From a virus (taxonomy: Duplodnaviria; Caudoviricetes), in the IMG/VR virus record IMGVR_UViG_3300037264_000725, positions 1-36,717 of that record: a stretch of 36,717 nt of DNA; one strand, given 5' to 3'. The position numbers were made by a program, and so were the translations under genes. Position 1 is the stretch's first letter; each line of letters begins with the position of its first letter. A model generated the notes under the pieces. It made no database searches, was not told the origin of the DNA, and was given only the letters and a program-made list of their open reading frames with translations. This document shows positions 1 through 9,961 of this stretch, in pieces.

Positions 1-1376
1 GTCAGGTTGCTCACAATAATTCGCGCCAGCTGCGTGTCCAGGATGATCTGGTTCCCGGTCGGGGCGGTCACCGCGATGTCGTACATGCCCGCAACCGACA
101 TGGCCCGCTCCCGGATTTCGTTCAGAATCACGTCGTCCGAGATGCCCAGCCCGTTGATGTACGTGCTGATGGCCGCCTTCACCAGTGCCGCCACATCGGT
201 CTGGCTGAAGCCCTGCAGGACCGTGATGTTGGCCGTGACCACCTGCTGGATGATGCTCGGCACCAGCACGCGCACCAGGACACCTGCGGCCCGGTAGCCC
301 GGGAAGTTGGCCCGGTCGGCGGGATCCCCGTCGATGATCTTCTGGGTCACCGCGATCAACCCGGTGAAGTACGTGTAGGTTGCGGTCACGGCGTCGGCCG
401 CGGTCAGGCCGGTGGGGTAGAACGCGGGCAGGAAGTTGATCTGGCCGGATGCCGGATTCAGCGTGTAGTGGGTGCCCTGCGTCTTCAAGATTGCGTTCAC
501 GTACAAGTCGAAAGCCGCTTCCTTCTTGACCGGCTTGTTGGCCAGGAACAGCACGGTTTCCCCCCCGACCGCGCTCGCCAGCACGACCTGCAGCACGACC
601 GAAGTGGTGGTCTCGGCCGTCCCCGCCCCATCGTCGATGTAGAGCGTGACGTTGCCCAGGTTGATCGGGTCTTCCAGGACGTGGGCGAACACCACCCGCT
701 TGCCGGACGGGATGTCCACGGCCGTGTGGGCCGCCGTCTCCAGGCCGAAGGGGTGCGCCCTGGCCAGGCCCTTGATCTGGTCGACCAGTCGGCGCCGGAA
801 AGAATCGTCCCCTTCCAGGTCGGCTCCACTGGTAAGGGACGCGGCGTTGGTTACCGTGTCGACCCCGCTCGGCTTGGACACGAACCCCTTGATGGCGCTC
901 GGGGCCACGTTGCCGCCAGTACCCGCCTCCTCGGCCACGATGTCGACCGCGTTGGAGTCCTGGAAGGTGTTGAGGATCGTCCCTTCCTCGGTGGTCGTGA
1001 ACACGATCTGCGCCTGGCTGCCCGACGCGGGTACTGTCACCTGGGTGCCGATGGGGATCGTGACGGTCCCCACCGTCCCGGCCCGGCTGAATACCACTTC
1101 CCCGACGGCCTTCTGGGCCGCGTTGCGCGATACCAGCGATGGGTTGAACTCCTTGGCCCGTTCGTCCAGGTCGTTGCCGACAGCCTTCTTGATGTCGAAC
1201 AGGTCCAGCAGCTGGAGCATCTGGAAGTAGGTGTCGTCGTCCTCGCGGGCTGCCGCGGCCAGCACCTGCTTCACGTCCGACCCGTCGTTCAGATCGGTCA
1301 GGTCGGACCGCGCCACCACGCGGTTCATCATCCGTTCCAGGATCTGCTCGCGGCTTCTTGGCTGGAATTGGCCCAT
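1..1376 (-). CDS. Baseplate J-like (P2 gpJ / T4 gp6-like) wedge protein, 3' end outside the window
   Basis: Not in the ORF track because it has no stop in the window. ATG at 1376 overlaps the upstream TAA. Translation begins MGQFQPRSREQILERMMNRVVARSDLTDLNDGSDVKQVL...FDIKKAVGNDLDERA, the typical gpJ N-terminus. It lies directly after the gp25-like domain. Confidence 0.85.
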   Translation of the reverse strand, partial: MGQFQPRSREQILERMMNRVVARSDLTDLNDGSDVKQVLAAAAREDDDTYFQMLQLLDLFDIKKAVGNDLDERAKEFNPSLVSRNAAQKAVGEVVFSRAGTVGTVTIPIGTQVTVPASGSQAQIVFTTTEEGTILNTFQDSNAVDIVAEEAGTGGNVAPSAIKGFVSKPSGVDTVTNAASLTSGADLEGDDSFRRRLVDQIKGLARAHPFGLETAAHTAVDIPSGKRVVFAHVLEDPINLGNVTLYIDDGAGTAETTTSVVLQVVLASAVGGETVLFLANKPVKKEAAFDLYVNAILKTQGTHYTLNPASGQINFLPAFYPTGLTAADAVTATYTYFTGLIAVTQKIIDGDPADRANFPGYRAAGVLVRVLVPSIIQQVVTANITVLQGFSQTDVAALVKAAISTYINGLGISDDVILNEIRERAMSVAGMYDIAVTAPTGNQIILDTQLARIIVSNL

Positions 1377-3298
1377 TACGTCAGCGTCCGCGCGATGGTG
1401 CGAGTCGAGGTGAAGCCCACGGGCTGGACCTCGGCTTCAATTTTGACCTGGTCATTTTCGGGAATGAACTGAAGGGAGACTAGCCGTTCTACCCGTGCAT
1501 CGGCCAGAAATTGCCGCCGAATCAGGTAGCGGGTGTTGATGGTCTCGGTCGCGTCCTCCAGGGAGCGAGTCCCCACCTGGCGCGGCATTCCGACCTGGGG
1601 GTACAGGATGTTCTCTCCCTGGTTGGTGCGCAAACGGCCATCCAGGCCCTGTGACAGGTTCGCCACGCCCTTGATCTTGCGCACGTCAGTTGACCCCCCG
1701 GCCGTGTCAATCGCCCAGCCGAACTGTCCATTTGCATTCTGGTGGCGCTCGAAGTCCGTACCCAGCAGAGCGTCGATCTGATTGCCGCCTGTGGCTGGGT
1801 TGCCGGTGGTGAAGGTGTCGGGGTTGGACAGCGCCTCCGGGATGGGGATCATGATGCTGTCACCGGGAGCGAGCGTGTTGGGTAGGCGCACACCGCCGGT
1901 CACGTAGGGCGCGCGCAAGGCATTCACCACCGCGATCACGGCCCATTCATTCGGGTTTCCGATGTGCTTGGCCGCCAGGCTCTGAATCGTGTCGCCCTGG
2001 CCGACCACCACCTGCCGGTAGCCCTTGTACCTGTTCGGCTGGAAACGGGGCTCGGCTTCAATCGGGTCGTTCTGCCCGCGCCGCACGTCACCCGGCTGGA
2101 CCGATCCCCCGAATCCCTTGGCCACCGTCATCTGGGTCTGGCCCGTGACGGCGTCGTCCGCTACCTGGCGCACCAGCCCGTCCCGCACGGTGTCTTGGCC
2201 CTGCTGGTAGCCGATGGTGCGCTTCTCGTAGTCGTTCGTCTTTCCCAGCAGGCTGTCGGTCCACAGGTCCAGCGATGCCGACAGCAAGCGGTCGATGTTG
2301 TCGGCCAGGCCCAGGTAGGCCGCGCCCACGCCCCGCCAGCCTTCCCCGTCGTCAGGGTTGATGAAATCGGCCGCGCTGTCGATCAAGCCGTTCAGAGACG
2401 ACGCGAACACCTTGGGGAAATCCAGGAAGCGCCGGGTGCCGTCCAACACGGACTGGGCGGAATCGAACACGCGCGCGGCGTCGTCCAGGATGCCCGCGGT
2501 CGATACGACCTTGCGCCTGATTTCGTCCTGGGCGGCCCGCAGGTTGTCGATGTGCGCCTTGCCGTCCTGGATGGCCGACCGGATCTTGGCCACCGTGTTC
2601 TTCTGGCGGTCCAGCAGCTTGCGGTCGGGGCTTGGGGAGATGCCAGACCCCGCCCCCACCTCGCCGCTCTGGATGTCCTTGGCGGCCCCCACGACAGCCA
2701 GCCGGATGGAATAGCGGTAGGTGACACGCTCCCGTGCGCCCGACCGGGACAGGTTGAACTCCAGCGGCACCACAAGTAGATGCAGGTCGTCCTTCAGGCT
2801 GTGGAACTCCATGGTCGTCCTGGACGCCGTGGCGGGGTTCTTCTTCAGGGCGCTGTAGCCGTCGAAGCACCGATTGGCCAGGCGCCAGAAGTGCATGTGG
2901 CCGGACAGCGGGTACTGCCCAGCGTTGCCCGAGGGATTCAGGTCCGACGTGAACTCGCCATCGGACCGCCGACTTGAATTGTCCGCCAGGCCAGGGCGCC
3001 GCAGCTTGAAGCCGGTGGTTCCCTCCATGGAGATTTCCCCGATCACGATGCCGTTTTCCTCGGACGTGACACCCCCTTCTTGCAGGACCGTCAAGTTAGC
3101 CGCGAACGGAAGCCCGTAATCGAAGTCCGTCGGGTTGATGATCAGCGGGAACTGTAGGCGGGTCTGGCCTGGGCCGAACGGGCCTTGCCCGGCAGGCCCG
3201 TTCAGTACGAACAGAAACAGCCCCTTGGCCGCATACTGATTGTCCCCGGTGACTTGCTTCCGATTCTCCTCTGCCCGGGCCTCCACCGTGGTCGTCAT
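1376..3298 (-). CDS. Baseplate fusion protein: tube-initiator-like N-terminus, LysM domain, gp25/gpW-like C-terminus (640 aa)
   Basis: LysM-like VVVGQGDTIQSLAAKHIGNPNEWAVIAVVN...LAPGDSIMIP. gp25-like IKGVANLSQGLDGRLRTNQGENILYPQVG...DARVERL. Position just before baseplate J. Confidence 0.7.
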   Translation of the reverse strand: MTTTVEARAEENRKQVTGDNQYAAKGLFLFVLNGPAGQGPFGPGQTRLQFPLIINPTDFDYGLPFAANLTVLQEGGVTSEENGIVIGEISMEGTTGFKLRRPGLADNSSRRSDGEFTSDLNPSGNAGQYPLSGHMHFWRLANRCFDGYSALKKNPATASRTTMEFHSLKDDLHLLVVPLEFNLSRSGARERVTYRYSIRLAVVGAAKDIQSGEVGAGSGISPSPDRKLLDRQKNTVAKIRSAIQDGKAHIDNLRAAQDEIRRKVVSTAGILDDAARVFDSAQSVLDGTRRFLDFPKVFASSLNGLIDSAADFINPDDGEGWRGVGAAYLGLADNIDRLLSASLDLWTDSLLGKTNDYEKRTIGYQQGQDTVRDGLVRQVADDAVTGQTQMTVAKGFGGSVQPGDVRRGQNDPIEAEPRFQPNRYKGYRQVVVGQGDTIQSLAAKHIGNPNEWAVIAVVNALRAPYVTGGVRLPNTLAPGDSIMIPIPEALSNPDTFTTGNPATGGNQIDALLGTDFERHQNANGQFGWAIDTAGGSTDVRKIKGVANLSQGLDGRLRTNQGENILYPQVGMPRQVGTRSLEDATETINTRYLIRRQFLADARVERLVSLQFIPENDQVKIEAEVQPVGFTSTRTIARTLT

Positions 3299-3307
3299 GT
3301 GTGAACC

Positions 3308-3850
3308 TCAGAATATAGGAGCCACGCACACAAAGGGAGGGGCTGGTAGCGCATGGGTGACAGTTACCAGCTTGGTGTAGGCGTCCAGCAGGGCTGCCAA
3401 CTGCTGGGCCGCCTGCTCAGGGGATCCCGCCGGGAACGCCGCCGCGTTGATACCCGCCTGGGTGATCAGTCCCGCCTGAAGCACGGGAGCGCCTACCGGC
3501 ACCACCAGGGTAGCGGGCAGCGCAGGGGGGATCGGCGTCCACACCAGCGGGTTGGCCCACAGGACGCCCAGCGCGGTCACGATTGCTCCCGCGGCCGACG
3601 CAGGATCTACGGCCGTCTGCATCGCGCTGGCAAGCGACGCCGCCATGGCCTGCTGCTGGGGAAAGAACAGGCCCGTGTTGATGAACCCGCCGCAGGACAT
3701 CGCCGCCTTGGCGTAGGTCGCGTAGGCGTCCGCGAGGTGGTCCCCGGCCGCCATGAACTGCTGGACCACGGTGGACCCTGGGGTGACGGTGAGTCCCTGG
3801 ATCACCTTGTCCAGCAGCTGCTGCTCCAACAGCGCGGCGTCCAGGGCCAT
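3308..3850 (-). CDS. Hypothetical baseplate-region protein (180 aa, MALDAALLEQQ...)
   Basis: ATG at 3850 overlaps the spike gene stop (TGATG). The longer 3308..4138 track ORF overlaps the spike gene out of frame. Confidence 0.7.
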   Translation of the reverse strand: MALDAALLEQQLLDKVIQGLTVTPGSTVVQQFMAAGDHLADAYATYAKAAMSCGGFINTGLFFPQQQAMAASLASAMQTAVDPASAAGAIVTALGVLWANPLVWTPIPPALPATLVVPVGAPVLQAGLITQAGINAAAFPAGSPEQAAQQLAALLDAYTKLVTVTHALPAPPFVCVAPIF

Positions 3851-4788
3851 CAGTACGTCTTCTTGCCGAAGATGAAATCGCTGCTGTGCTCGTCGGCCAC
3901 GAACCGATTGAAGGCCGTCTGGAACTGGGCGAGGTTGATCGGCGGCGAACTCGGCCCGAACGGTGTCATCACGGTCATGGCCGTCAGGGCCTGCATGATG
4001 TCCGCCATGATCGCCTTGAGCACGTTGCCCAGCACGTAGGGCTCGTCCGCGGTCCCGGGTGCCCCGCCAAATCGGATCTTGCCGGTGTTGTCCAGCTGGA
4101 TGCTGGTGACGTTGCCGCTGCCGTCCTTGGTGATCCACAGCAGCTTGCCGCCCGTCCCGCTGTTGGAGACCTCGGCCCCCTTGACCCCCAGTTGTTCCTT
4201 GGCCGCACCCCTGGCATCTATGGTCAGGTTGCCGTCCTTGTCGATCTCGAACAGCGTCCCGTTGTGACGGATGCGCCGGACCCGACCGTCGGCCGCCTTG
4301 GGCGTGTAGTTGCTGTTCGGGCGGGCCAGCGTGAACGGCAAGATCACCGGCTGGTTCGGGTCGTTGTCCAGGAAGCCCACCAGGACGTGGTCGCCGTCCA
4401 GATTCTCTGCCGAGGTCGGGGTCTTGTCTCCCGAAGGATCGGTCAGCACGTCACCCCCATCCAGGTTCACCCTGGACGGCCGGGGAATCCTGACATCCAC
4501 GTCCCACAAGCCGTGCCCAGCCTGAAGCACCGGCACCTTGTCCAGCGTGTGCGAATACCGCCCGTAGGTCCGCACATCGCACAAGACGGCCCGCTGATTG
4601 GTCGTCCAGCCGTTGCGGTCATCCTCGTCAGCAAAGTAGGTCGACAGGACCACCGCGCGCGTGACCCACCCCATCGTGGTGGCGGTGTCCTGGTAAGCGT
4701 TGGCCGGACGCCAGCGCATGCCGGACGGGATGATCGACCCGTCCTGCAGTTGCATCACCTCCCACCCAGTCAGTCGCTGGTTGTTCAT
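3850..4788 (-). CDS. Baseplate central spike (gpV/gp5-like), 312 aa
   Basis: OB-fold-like GDHVLVGFLDNDPNQPVI followed by short beta-strand repeats (TLFEIDKDGNLTID, SIQLDNTGKIRF). Follows the hub gene with an ATGA overlap. Confidence 0.7.
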   Translation of the reverse strand: MNNQRLTGWEVMQLQDGSIIPSGMRWRPANAYQDTATTMGWVTRAVVLSTYFADEDDRNGWTTNQRAVLCDVRTYGRYSHTLDKVPVLQAGHGLWDVDVRIPRPSRVNLDGGDVLTDPSGDKTPTSAENLDGDHVLVGFLDNDPNQPVILPFTLARPNSNYTPKAADGRVRRIRHNGTLFEIDKDGNLTIDARGAAKEQLGVKGAEVSNSGTGGKLLWITKDGSGNVTSIQLDNTGKIRFGGAPGTADEPYVLGNVLKAIMADIMQALTAMTVMTPFGPSSPPINLAQFQTAFNRFVADEHSSDFIFGKKTY

Positions 4789-6443
4789 GTTTTGCTTTTG
4801 CGCGTGCTCTCGTAGCGGGAAGACAGTTCGGAAATGCCACTGAACAGTGCCTTGTCGTCGCCACGGAATCCGCGGCCGACGATCAAGGTTGTGGTTCCCC
4901 CGGCCCCCGCATCTCGCGTTGGCCCTGTGTAGGCCATGCTCACCCCTTCGACGTAGAACTGCTCGACCTGCTTGGGATCACCGGGGTCCAAAAGTACCCG
5001 CTGCCCAATCCTGATTTCTGGCAGCAACGTGTTTACCGTGATCGTGCCTTCCCGCAAGTAGGGGCTCGGCCCCCACCAGTCCTGCAGCAGCGAAAGCCAG
5101 ATCAACCGTTCGTGTTGCCACCCGCCTTCGGTCCCAGCAATGTAGTTGGTGGTCTCGGAATATGGGCGCAGCCCACGCTGCTTCACATCGCTGCGCAACC
5201 ACTGTGACTGGCCGAAAGCCGGATGTTCCGAATGGGGAGCGAATCCCACGTCAGCCAGCAACTCGAACAAGTTCTTGCGCGTCGCCCCGCCCAGCCCGAG
5301 ATTCGAGTTGGCCACCAGCCAGGTCGGGATCGTCCATGTGGGCAAGTTGCTCCACATCGAATCCAGCCCAGCATCCCTGTTCATGAACGGGCGCTCTCGG
5401 ATGATGGCGGCCATGGTGCCGAAGTCCTCGGGGGCGGCTGTGATCGCCTGCTCCACGCCCTTGCGCGACTGAAACAGTTCCGACTGCGTGCTCAGGAAAG
5501 CGTGCAGCCCGTTCTTGGGCGTGAACGCCTGGGGCAGCAGCAGGTCGCACCACCACTCGTTCAGCAGCGGATTCACCCATTTCGCCAAGGTCTGATGCAA
5601 CGTCTGGTCTCCCGTCCGCCACAACCCTTTGTTGAAAAGGGCACCCCGCAGTCCCTTCGGCGCACCGAAGCCGGAGAAGGCGTTGAACGTCACAACCTTC
5701 AGGGCTTCCGACAGGCGGGCATGCAATTCCTCATGCGTAGGCCCGAACGCGGCAATGGTCGACGGCAATCGTGGAGGCACCAGAGAGTTGCGCGGAATTG
5801 TCTCGGTGAGCGACTGCGGAATCTCCCACTGCCCCCCGCCGTTGTCCCCACCAAGGAAGTAGCTGTGAATCAGGGCCGCAAAAATCTGGTCGGGACGCCC
5901 ACCCTGTTTCCAGTCCAGCCGCGTGGTCATGAAGCCGTGAACGGTGTCGTCCATGGCCCGCGCCCACAGGCTGCTCCAGGTAACCGGGTAGTCGAAAAAA
6001 GCGCCATGGTCCCGGCCTGTGATCGTGTAGGTGGTCGCGGTCGCGCCGCTCACCACACCAACACTCTCGCGCACGGAATCCACGACTCCCCGGCAAACCG
6101 GAATCCGAATGCCGTTGCGCAGAACAGACACGTCAACCCAGTCCCCATCCAGCACTTCCAGGTCACGAAACTGGATGCCCGTTTGCTTGGGCTTAATCGT
6201 CGCGCTCCACTGCCCGGCCGGTTGCCCCATCTGCTTGTCCCAGGACAGGGACATCACCGTGGCAGGCGATTCCTTCAGCCAGTCGATCCTCCTGGCGCCT
6301 GCACCCCGCCGTGGCGCGAATGCGTGATCGTCCTGTAGTGGGTAGATCGTGAGACCGGCACGCAGGTTGGGCGAAAGGAACTTGGTCCCGTTGTTGTGGA
6401 GTCCAGAAAACTCCAGTTCAGGAACGCGCTGGGCGGCCATCAA
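4785..6443 (-). CDS. Baseplate hub-like protein (T4 gp27 / P2 gpD-like), about 552 aa
   Basis: Lies between tape measure and spike. Motifs SLSWDKQMGQPAGQWSATI, RGVVDSV...YTITGRDHG and C-terminal LPEIRIGQRV...QFYVEGVS. Confidence 0.65.
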   Translation of the reverse strand: MMAAQRVPELEFSGLHNNGTKFLSPNLRAGLTIYPLQDDHAFAPRRGAGARRIDWLKESPATVMSLSWDKQMGQPAGQWSATIKPKQTGIQFRDLEVLDGDWVDVSVLRNGIRIPVCRGVVDSVRESVGVVSGATATTYTITGRDHGAFFDYPVTWSSLWARAMDDTVHGFMTTRLDWKQGGRPDQIFAALIHSYFLGGDNGGGQWEIPQSLTETIPRNSLVPPRLPSTIAAFGPTHEELHARLSEALKVVTFNAFSGFGAPKGLRGALFNKGLWRTGDQTLHQTLAKWVNPLLNEWWCDLLLPQAFTPKNGLHAFLSTQSELFQSRKGVEQAITAAPEDFGTMAAIIRERPFMNRDAGLDSMWSNLPTWTIPTWLVANSNLGLGGATRKNLFELLADVGFAPHSEHPAFGQSQWLRSDVKQRGLRPYSETTNYIAGTEGGWQHERLIWLSLLQDWWGPSPYLREGTITVNTLLPEIRIGQRVLLDPGDPKQVEQFYVEGVSMAYTGPTRDAGAGGTTTLIVGRGFRGDDKALFSGISELSSRYESTRKSKT

Positions 6444-8662
6444 TTCCCTTTCGGAATATTCGGGCCGCTTTTGCCCTTCCCCAGCAGGAAGTCCCCAACC
6501 GCGTTGATCACGTCCTGCACCACCCCGCTCAATCCCTCCAGGCCCGTGGCCAACTTGGATACCTGGGCCGCTGCTGCCAGCGAGCTTTCCGTGAAGGACT
6601 GCATGGCCCCGGTCACCTCGTTGCCAATCCTGATGGCGTCGTTGGCCAGCGCCGCTTCCTTGGGGAGCGCACCCGCCCCAGTGCGGACAAGATCCTTGGC
6701 CTTTTCTTCCATCCCGCTCGCGCGCTCGTTTCTGTTGGCCTCCATTTTCTCCACGATCTTGTCCAGTTCGTCCCCACCCAGCGTTTCTGCGGCCAGCATC
6801 TGCCCAGACTGCTGCATCGTGATGGGGATCCCCTTTTGCCCCAGGGCGTACATCAGGTTCGCCTTTTGCGTGAAGGCCCCTTCTCCGGCCCCCTGCTGAA
6901 TGATCCGCCGGACCACGTTCGTCATTGTCGCGCCCGGCCTGGTCTGGGCGGTCTCCACCCCTTGAAAAAAGGCTTCCGGCCCTTCTGCGATGTCGACGCC
7001 GGACCCACCTTCCAACCCCAGCTTGCCCGCCTCTTGCAAGATCATCATGTCCAGGCCCGTCTGCGGCCCCTGGGCGGCCACAGCCTGCGGCGCCATGATC
7101 ATCCCGGCCGCAATCCGCTTTGCCTGTATCCCGGGCAGGCCGATCCCCCCTTCCGACGCCTTGGAACTCAGGCGGAAAGTCAGCTTGTCGAACTCAGTCG
7201 GGTCGATCTTGAGACCCTGCTGTTCCGCTTGCTGCTGCAGGCCCACCAGGGTCTCCAGGTACTCGACCGCCATGCTTCCCCTCAGACCGGCTTCTGTTGC
7301 GGCAGCCATCGTCTGAAGCAGATCCTGCTTTTCACGCCCGCCACCACCAGCACCGCCAGCCCGTCCGAACGCGCCCGCAAGCGGCGCCCCTACTCCGAAT
7401 ACCTGGGCGATCATGGACTGTCGAAATTCTCCGGCGACCTCGCTCTGCTTCCCGGTCTTGTCCCGCATGAAGAACTCGCCACCGCGCGCCTGCATGAACT
7501 GGTTCCGCAGCTGGGCGACCTCATGCAAGGACAGGCCGAACTCGGTCCCGGTATCGACCATGCGGGGAGCACCCGCCCTTTTCAGGCGCGCTTGGGCTTT
7601 GGTCAAAGCCGCATCGGCTTTCACTTGCCGGGCGCGAATATCAACCCCTTCTTCTTCCTTTTCAGATACAGGCAGGGGCCTCCCCTCAGAATCAGTGAGA
7701 ACAGGCGCCCCCGGCTGGGCGGCCGTCGTCTCCTCTTGTGCTCTGGCTCTGGCAGCCGCCTCTGCCGCGACTGCTTTCTGGTAAAAATCCGCAATTCTTT
7801 TCGCTTCTGGGCTTGTCGCCTTGAGCTTCAGCAGTTCGTCTTCCTCGGCGGTGATCGGCAGCCCGCTCGGGCCAAGTTTCTTCAGGGCGCCAATGGTCCC
7901 CGCCGTGTTGTAAAGGTCCGCCTTTTCCTGGGCAGGCGTTTGGGGAACCGTGATCCGCTTGATTCGCGTGAGCGCCGCATCGACCCTGGCCGCCTCCAGT
8001 TCCTTTTTTTCATCAGGCCGCAACTCCCTGGCCCGTCCCTGCCACTGCTCAGGCCCAGCGAACAGACCAGCCAGCTTGGTGCGCTGATATGCGATGGCCG
8101 CTTGATAGCCCCCGGCCGCCGTCTGCAGCCCGCCTGATGCTGCACCCCCGACCAGCGGGATCGCCCCCAGCATCTGGGACACGCCACCCACGCCTGGGCT
8201 GGTGAACGGGGCCATGGCCGCGGTCCCCGCCCGGCCCATCATCGCCCCGGCAATCCGATACCCCATGCCGGGCTCGGTCGGGATGTACTGGGAAATGCCC
8301 AGCCCTTGCGCAAAGCCAGCCCCGAAGTTTCTTGCCGGGCTGTACTGCTGCTGCCGGGCTGCACGCTGCTGGACGCGATCCATCTGTGTCAGCGCCCGCA
8401 CAACACTGCTGGCCTGCGTCTCGACTTGCTTCAGTTCATCGCGGAATGCCTTGTACTCCTTGGTGCCCTTCCTGACGCCGTCCAGGGCCTTGTTCAGGTC
8501 GACCTGCTTCTTGGTCAACCGCGTGAACTGCCCCTCCAGATCCTTGGCCGCCCGGCTGAACTCTTTCAGGGCGGCAGGCGAAAACGCCTGCTTGACGACC
8601 TGCCCGGCCTTCTGGGCTTCCTTGGTGTCGGCCTTGATCTTGAGTGTGGTCTGAATGTCCAT
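6440..8662 (-). CDS. Tail tape measure protein (about 740 aa)
   Basis: Follows the tail assembly chaperones. Ala/Gly/Gln-rich and helical, N-terminus MDIQTTLKIKADTKEA. ATG at 8662 overlaps the upstream TGA. Confidence 0.75.
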   Translation of the reverse strand: MDIQTTLKIKADTKEAQKAGQVVKQAFSPAALKEFSRAAKDLEGQFTRLTKKQVDLNKALDGVRKGTKEYKAFRDELKQVETQASSVVRALTQMDRVQQRAARQQQYSPARNFGAGFAQGLGISQYIPTEPGMGYRIAGAMMGRAGTAAMAPFTSPGVGGVSQMLGAIPLVGGAASGGLQTAAGGYQAAIAYQRTKLAGLFAGPEQWQGRARELRPDEKKELEAARVDAALTRIKRITVPQTPAQEKADLYNTAGTIGALKKLGPSGLPITAEEDELLKLKATSPEAKRIADFYQKAVAAEAAARARAQEETTAAQPGAPVLTDSEGRPLPVSEKEEEGVDIRARQVKADAALTKAQARLKRAGAPRMVDTGTEFGLSLHEVAQLRNQFMQARGGEFFMRDKTGKQSEVAGEFRQSMIAQVFGVGAPLAGAFGRAGGAGGGGREKQDLLQTMAAATEAGLRGSMAVEYLETLVGLQQQAEQQGLKIDPTEFDKLTFRLSSKASEGGIGLPGIQAKRIAAGMIMAPQAVAAQGPQTGLDMMILQEAGKLGLEGGSGVDIAEGPEAFFQGVETAQTRPGATMTNVVRRIIQQGAGEGAFTQKANLMYALGQKGIPITMQQSGQMLAAETLGGDELDKIVEKMEANRNERASGMEEKAKDLVRTGAGALPKEAALANDAIRIGNEVTGAMQSFTESSLAAAAQVSKLATGLEGLSGVVQDVINAVGDFLLGKGKSGPNIPKGN

Positions 8663-9060
8663 CAGGCGGCCTCGCCCGGATGATCCCACAATTCACGCGG
8701 GGGCGCTTCATTCAGATCCAAATCAATCGACAGCCCATGCGTCGCCCGGTACTCCCAGTAGTCGGCCAGAGGATCGCCTGTGCTGTCCGCGTCCGCACCC
8801 TCCACCGGGTTCAGAACGGCCTCCAGCCGATCTAGCCGGGTCAGTTCGGCCGCATCCAGGCTTGCCTGCCGCCCCCGTAGTTTGTCGACCTCGGCTGCCA
8901 CCACCAGATAGAACTCCTCCAGCAGGTCGCCGGTAGTGCGCTGGTCGTAGGGCACGTCCTGGTAAGGCGGATGCCGATGGAAGTGCCAGAACCGGAGCTT
9001 ACCTTCAGCCGTTTCCAGCAGGGCTCGGGCTTGTTCCTGCAGGCGCTTCTCGTCTGCGAA
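8662..9060 (-). CDS. Tail assembly chaperone, frameshifted C-terminal part (T-like ORF)
   Basis: +1 frame relative to 9005..9463, entered at AGG TTT CGC (9056-9064). Reads FADEKRLQEQARALL...TGDPLADYWE and ends overlapping the tape measure start. Confidence 0.65.
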   Translation of the reverse strand, partial: FADEKRLQEQARALLETAEGKLRFWHFHRHPPYQDVPYDQRTTGDLLEEFYLVVAAEVDKLRGRQASLDAAELTRLDRLEAVLNPVEGADADSTGDPLADYWEYRATHGLSIDLDLNEAPPRELWDHPGEAA

Positions 9061-9463
9061 ACCTGTCCTCATGCGAGGACACTTCCTTCCAGATGGCGGC
9101 GATGATTTCGTCGTCGTACAGCTTTTCCAGGTCGCGCGCCCACTCGGGGAAGTCCTTGGCCGCCGTGTCCAGCGAGTACACCATGTGCGCCACATGGTCG
9201 TTGTACTCCCACAGGTCAACGTCCTGGGCCTCGACCGGGTAGCTGTTCGCCATGCGGATCTTCAGCAGCTTCTTCAGCCTCCGCTGTCCGTTGTTCAGGA
9301 TGCGGTTGGTGAGCTTGCCCGCCCACACCTTGCCGCGAACGTCGGTGTAGCTGAAGTCGAACGTGTACTCGATGGAATCCCGGGGGTCCACGTTGGGGAC
9401 CGCCGCGATCTTCGGGGCCTCGGACGCCAACTCGGAAGCAGTCTTCAGTTCAGGTACAGACAT
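9005..9463 (-). CDS. Tail assembly chaperone (G-like), 152 aa
   Basis: Between tube and tape measure. Has an FR dipeptide at the candidate shift site followed by a short low-complexity tail. Confidence 0.75.
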   Translation of the reverse strand: MSVPELKTASELASEAPKIAAVPNVDPRDSIEYTFDFSYTDVRGKVWAGKLTNRILNNGQRRLKKLLKIRMANSYPVEAQDVDLWEYNDHVAHMVYSLDTAAKDFPEWARDLEKLYDDEIIAAIWKEVSSHEDRFRRREAPAGTSPSPAGNG

Positions 9464-9495
9464 GCGCCGAACGTATCACCGTCCGGCGATGCTGA

Positions 9496-9948
9496 CTAGG
9501 CGGCTGCTTCCGACTCGTCCTTCATCCTGATGGCGTTGAAGGTCACGTCTTCGCCCACCAGGCCGCGCGCGTCCACGCGCATGTTCCGGTCGGCCACCTT
9601 CACGCTTTCCACGGTCATCAAGATCGCGCCGGTCTTGCTGTCCTCCAGCGTGCAGACCATGTCGGCCTGGTTCAGGATGTTCGTCAGGTGCTCCTGGGGG
9701 CTGTTCCCGGTCTTCGGGAAGTACCCCTCCGACTTGAAGGTTTCCTTGACGATGCGGATCTTGGCCGCCGTCAGCGCCACCCGGTAGGCCACAGGCACCC
9801 ACTCCTCGACCTCGATGTTGTCCAGCGCCTCGACCGGCTGGTTTTCCAGGGTCTCGGTCGCCGTCACGTTGGTGGCATACCCCACCTTCTTCCCGTTGAT
9901 CAGGAAGCGCGCACGGGCGCCTGTTATTACGCGGCCTTTCTCTGCCAT
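9496..9948 (-). CDS. Tail tube protein, 150 aa
   Basis: Directly after the sheath, with AGGAG RBS. Sequence VITGARARFLINGKKVGYA...VGEDVTFNA fits a myovirus tube. Confidence 0.85.
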   Translation of the reverse strand: MAEKGRVITGARARFLINGKKVGYATNVTATETLENQPVEALDNIEVEEWVPVAYRVALTAAKIRIVKETFKSEGYFPKTGNSPQEHLTNILNQADMVCTLEDSKTGAILMTVESVKVADRNMRVDARGLVGEDVTFNAIRMKDESEAAA

Positions 9949-9961
9949 GGGACGACTCCTT

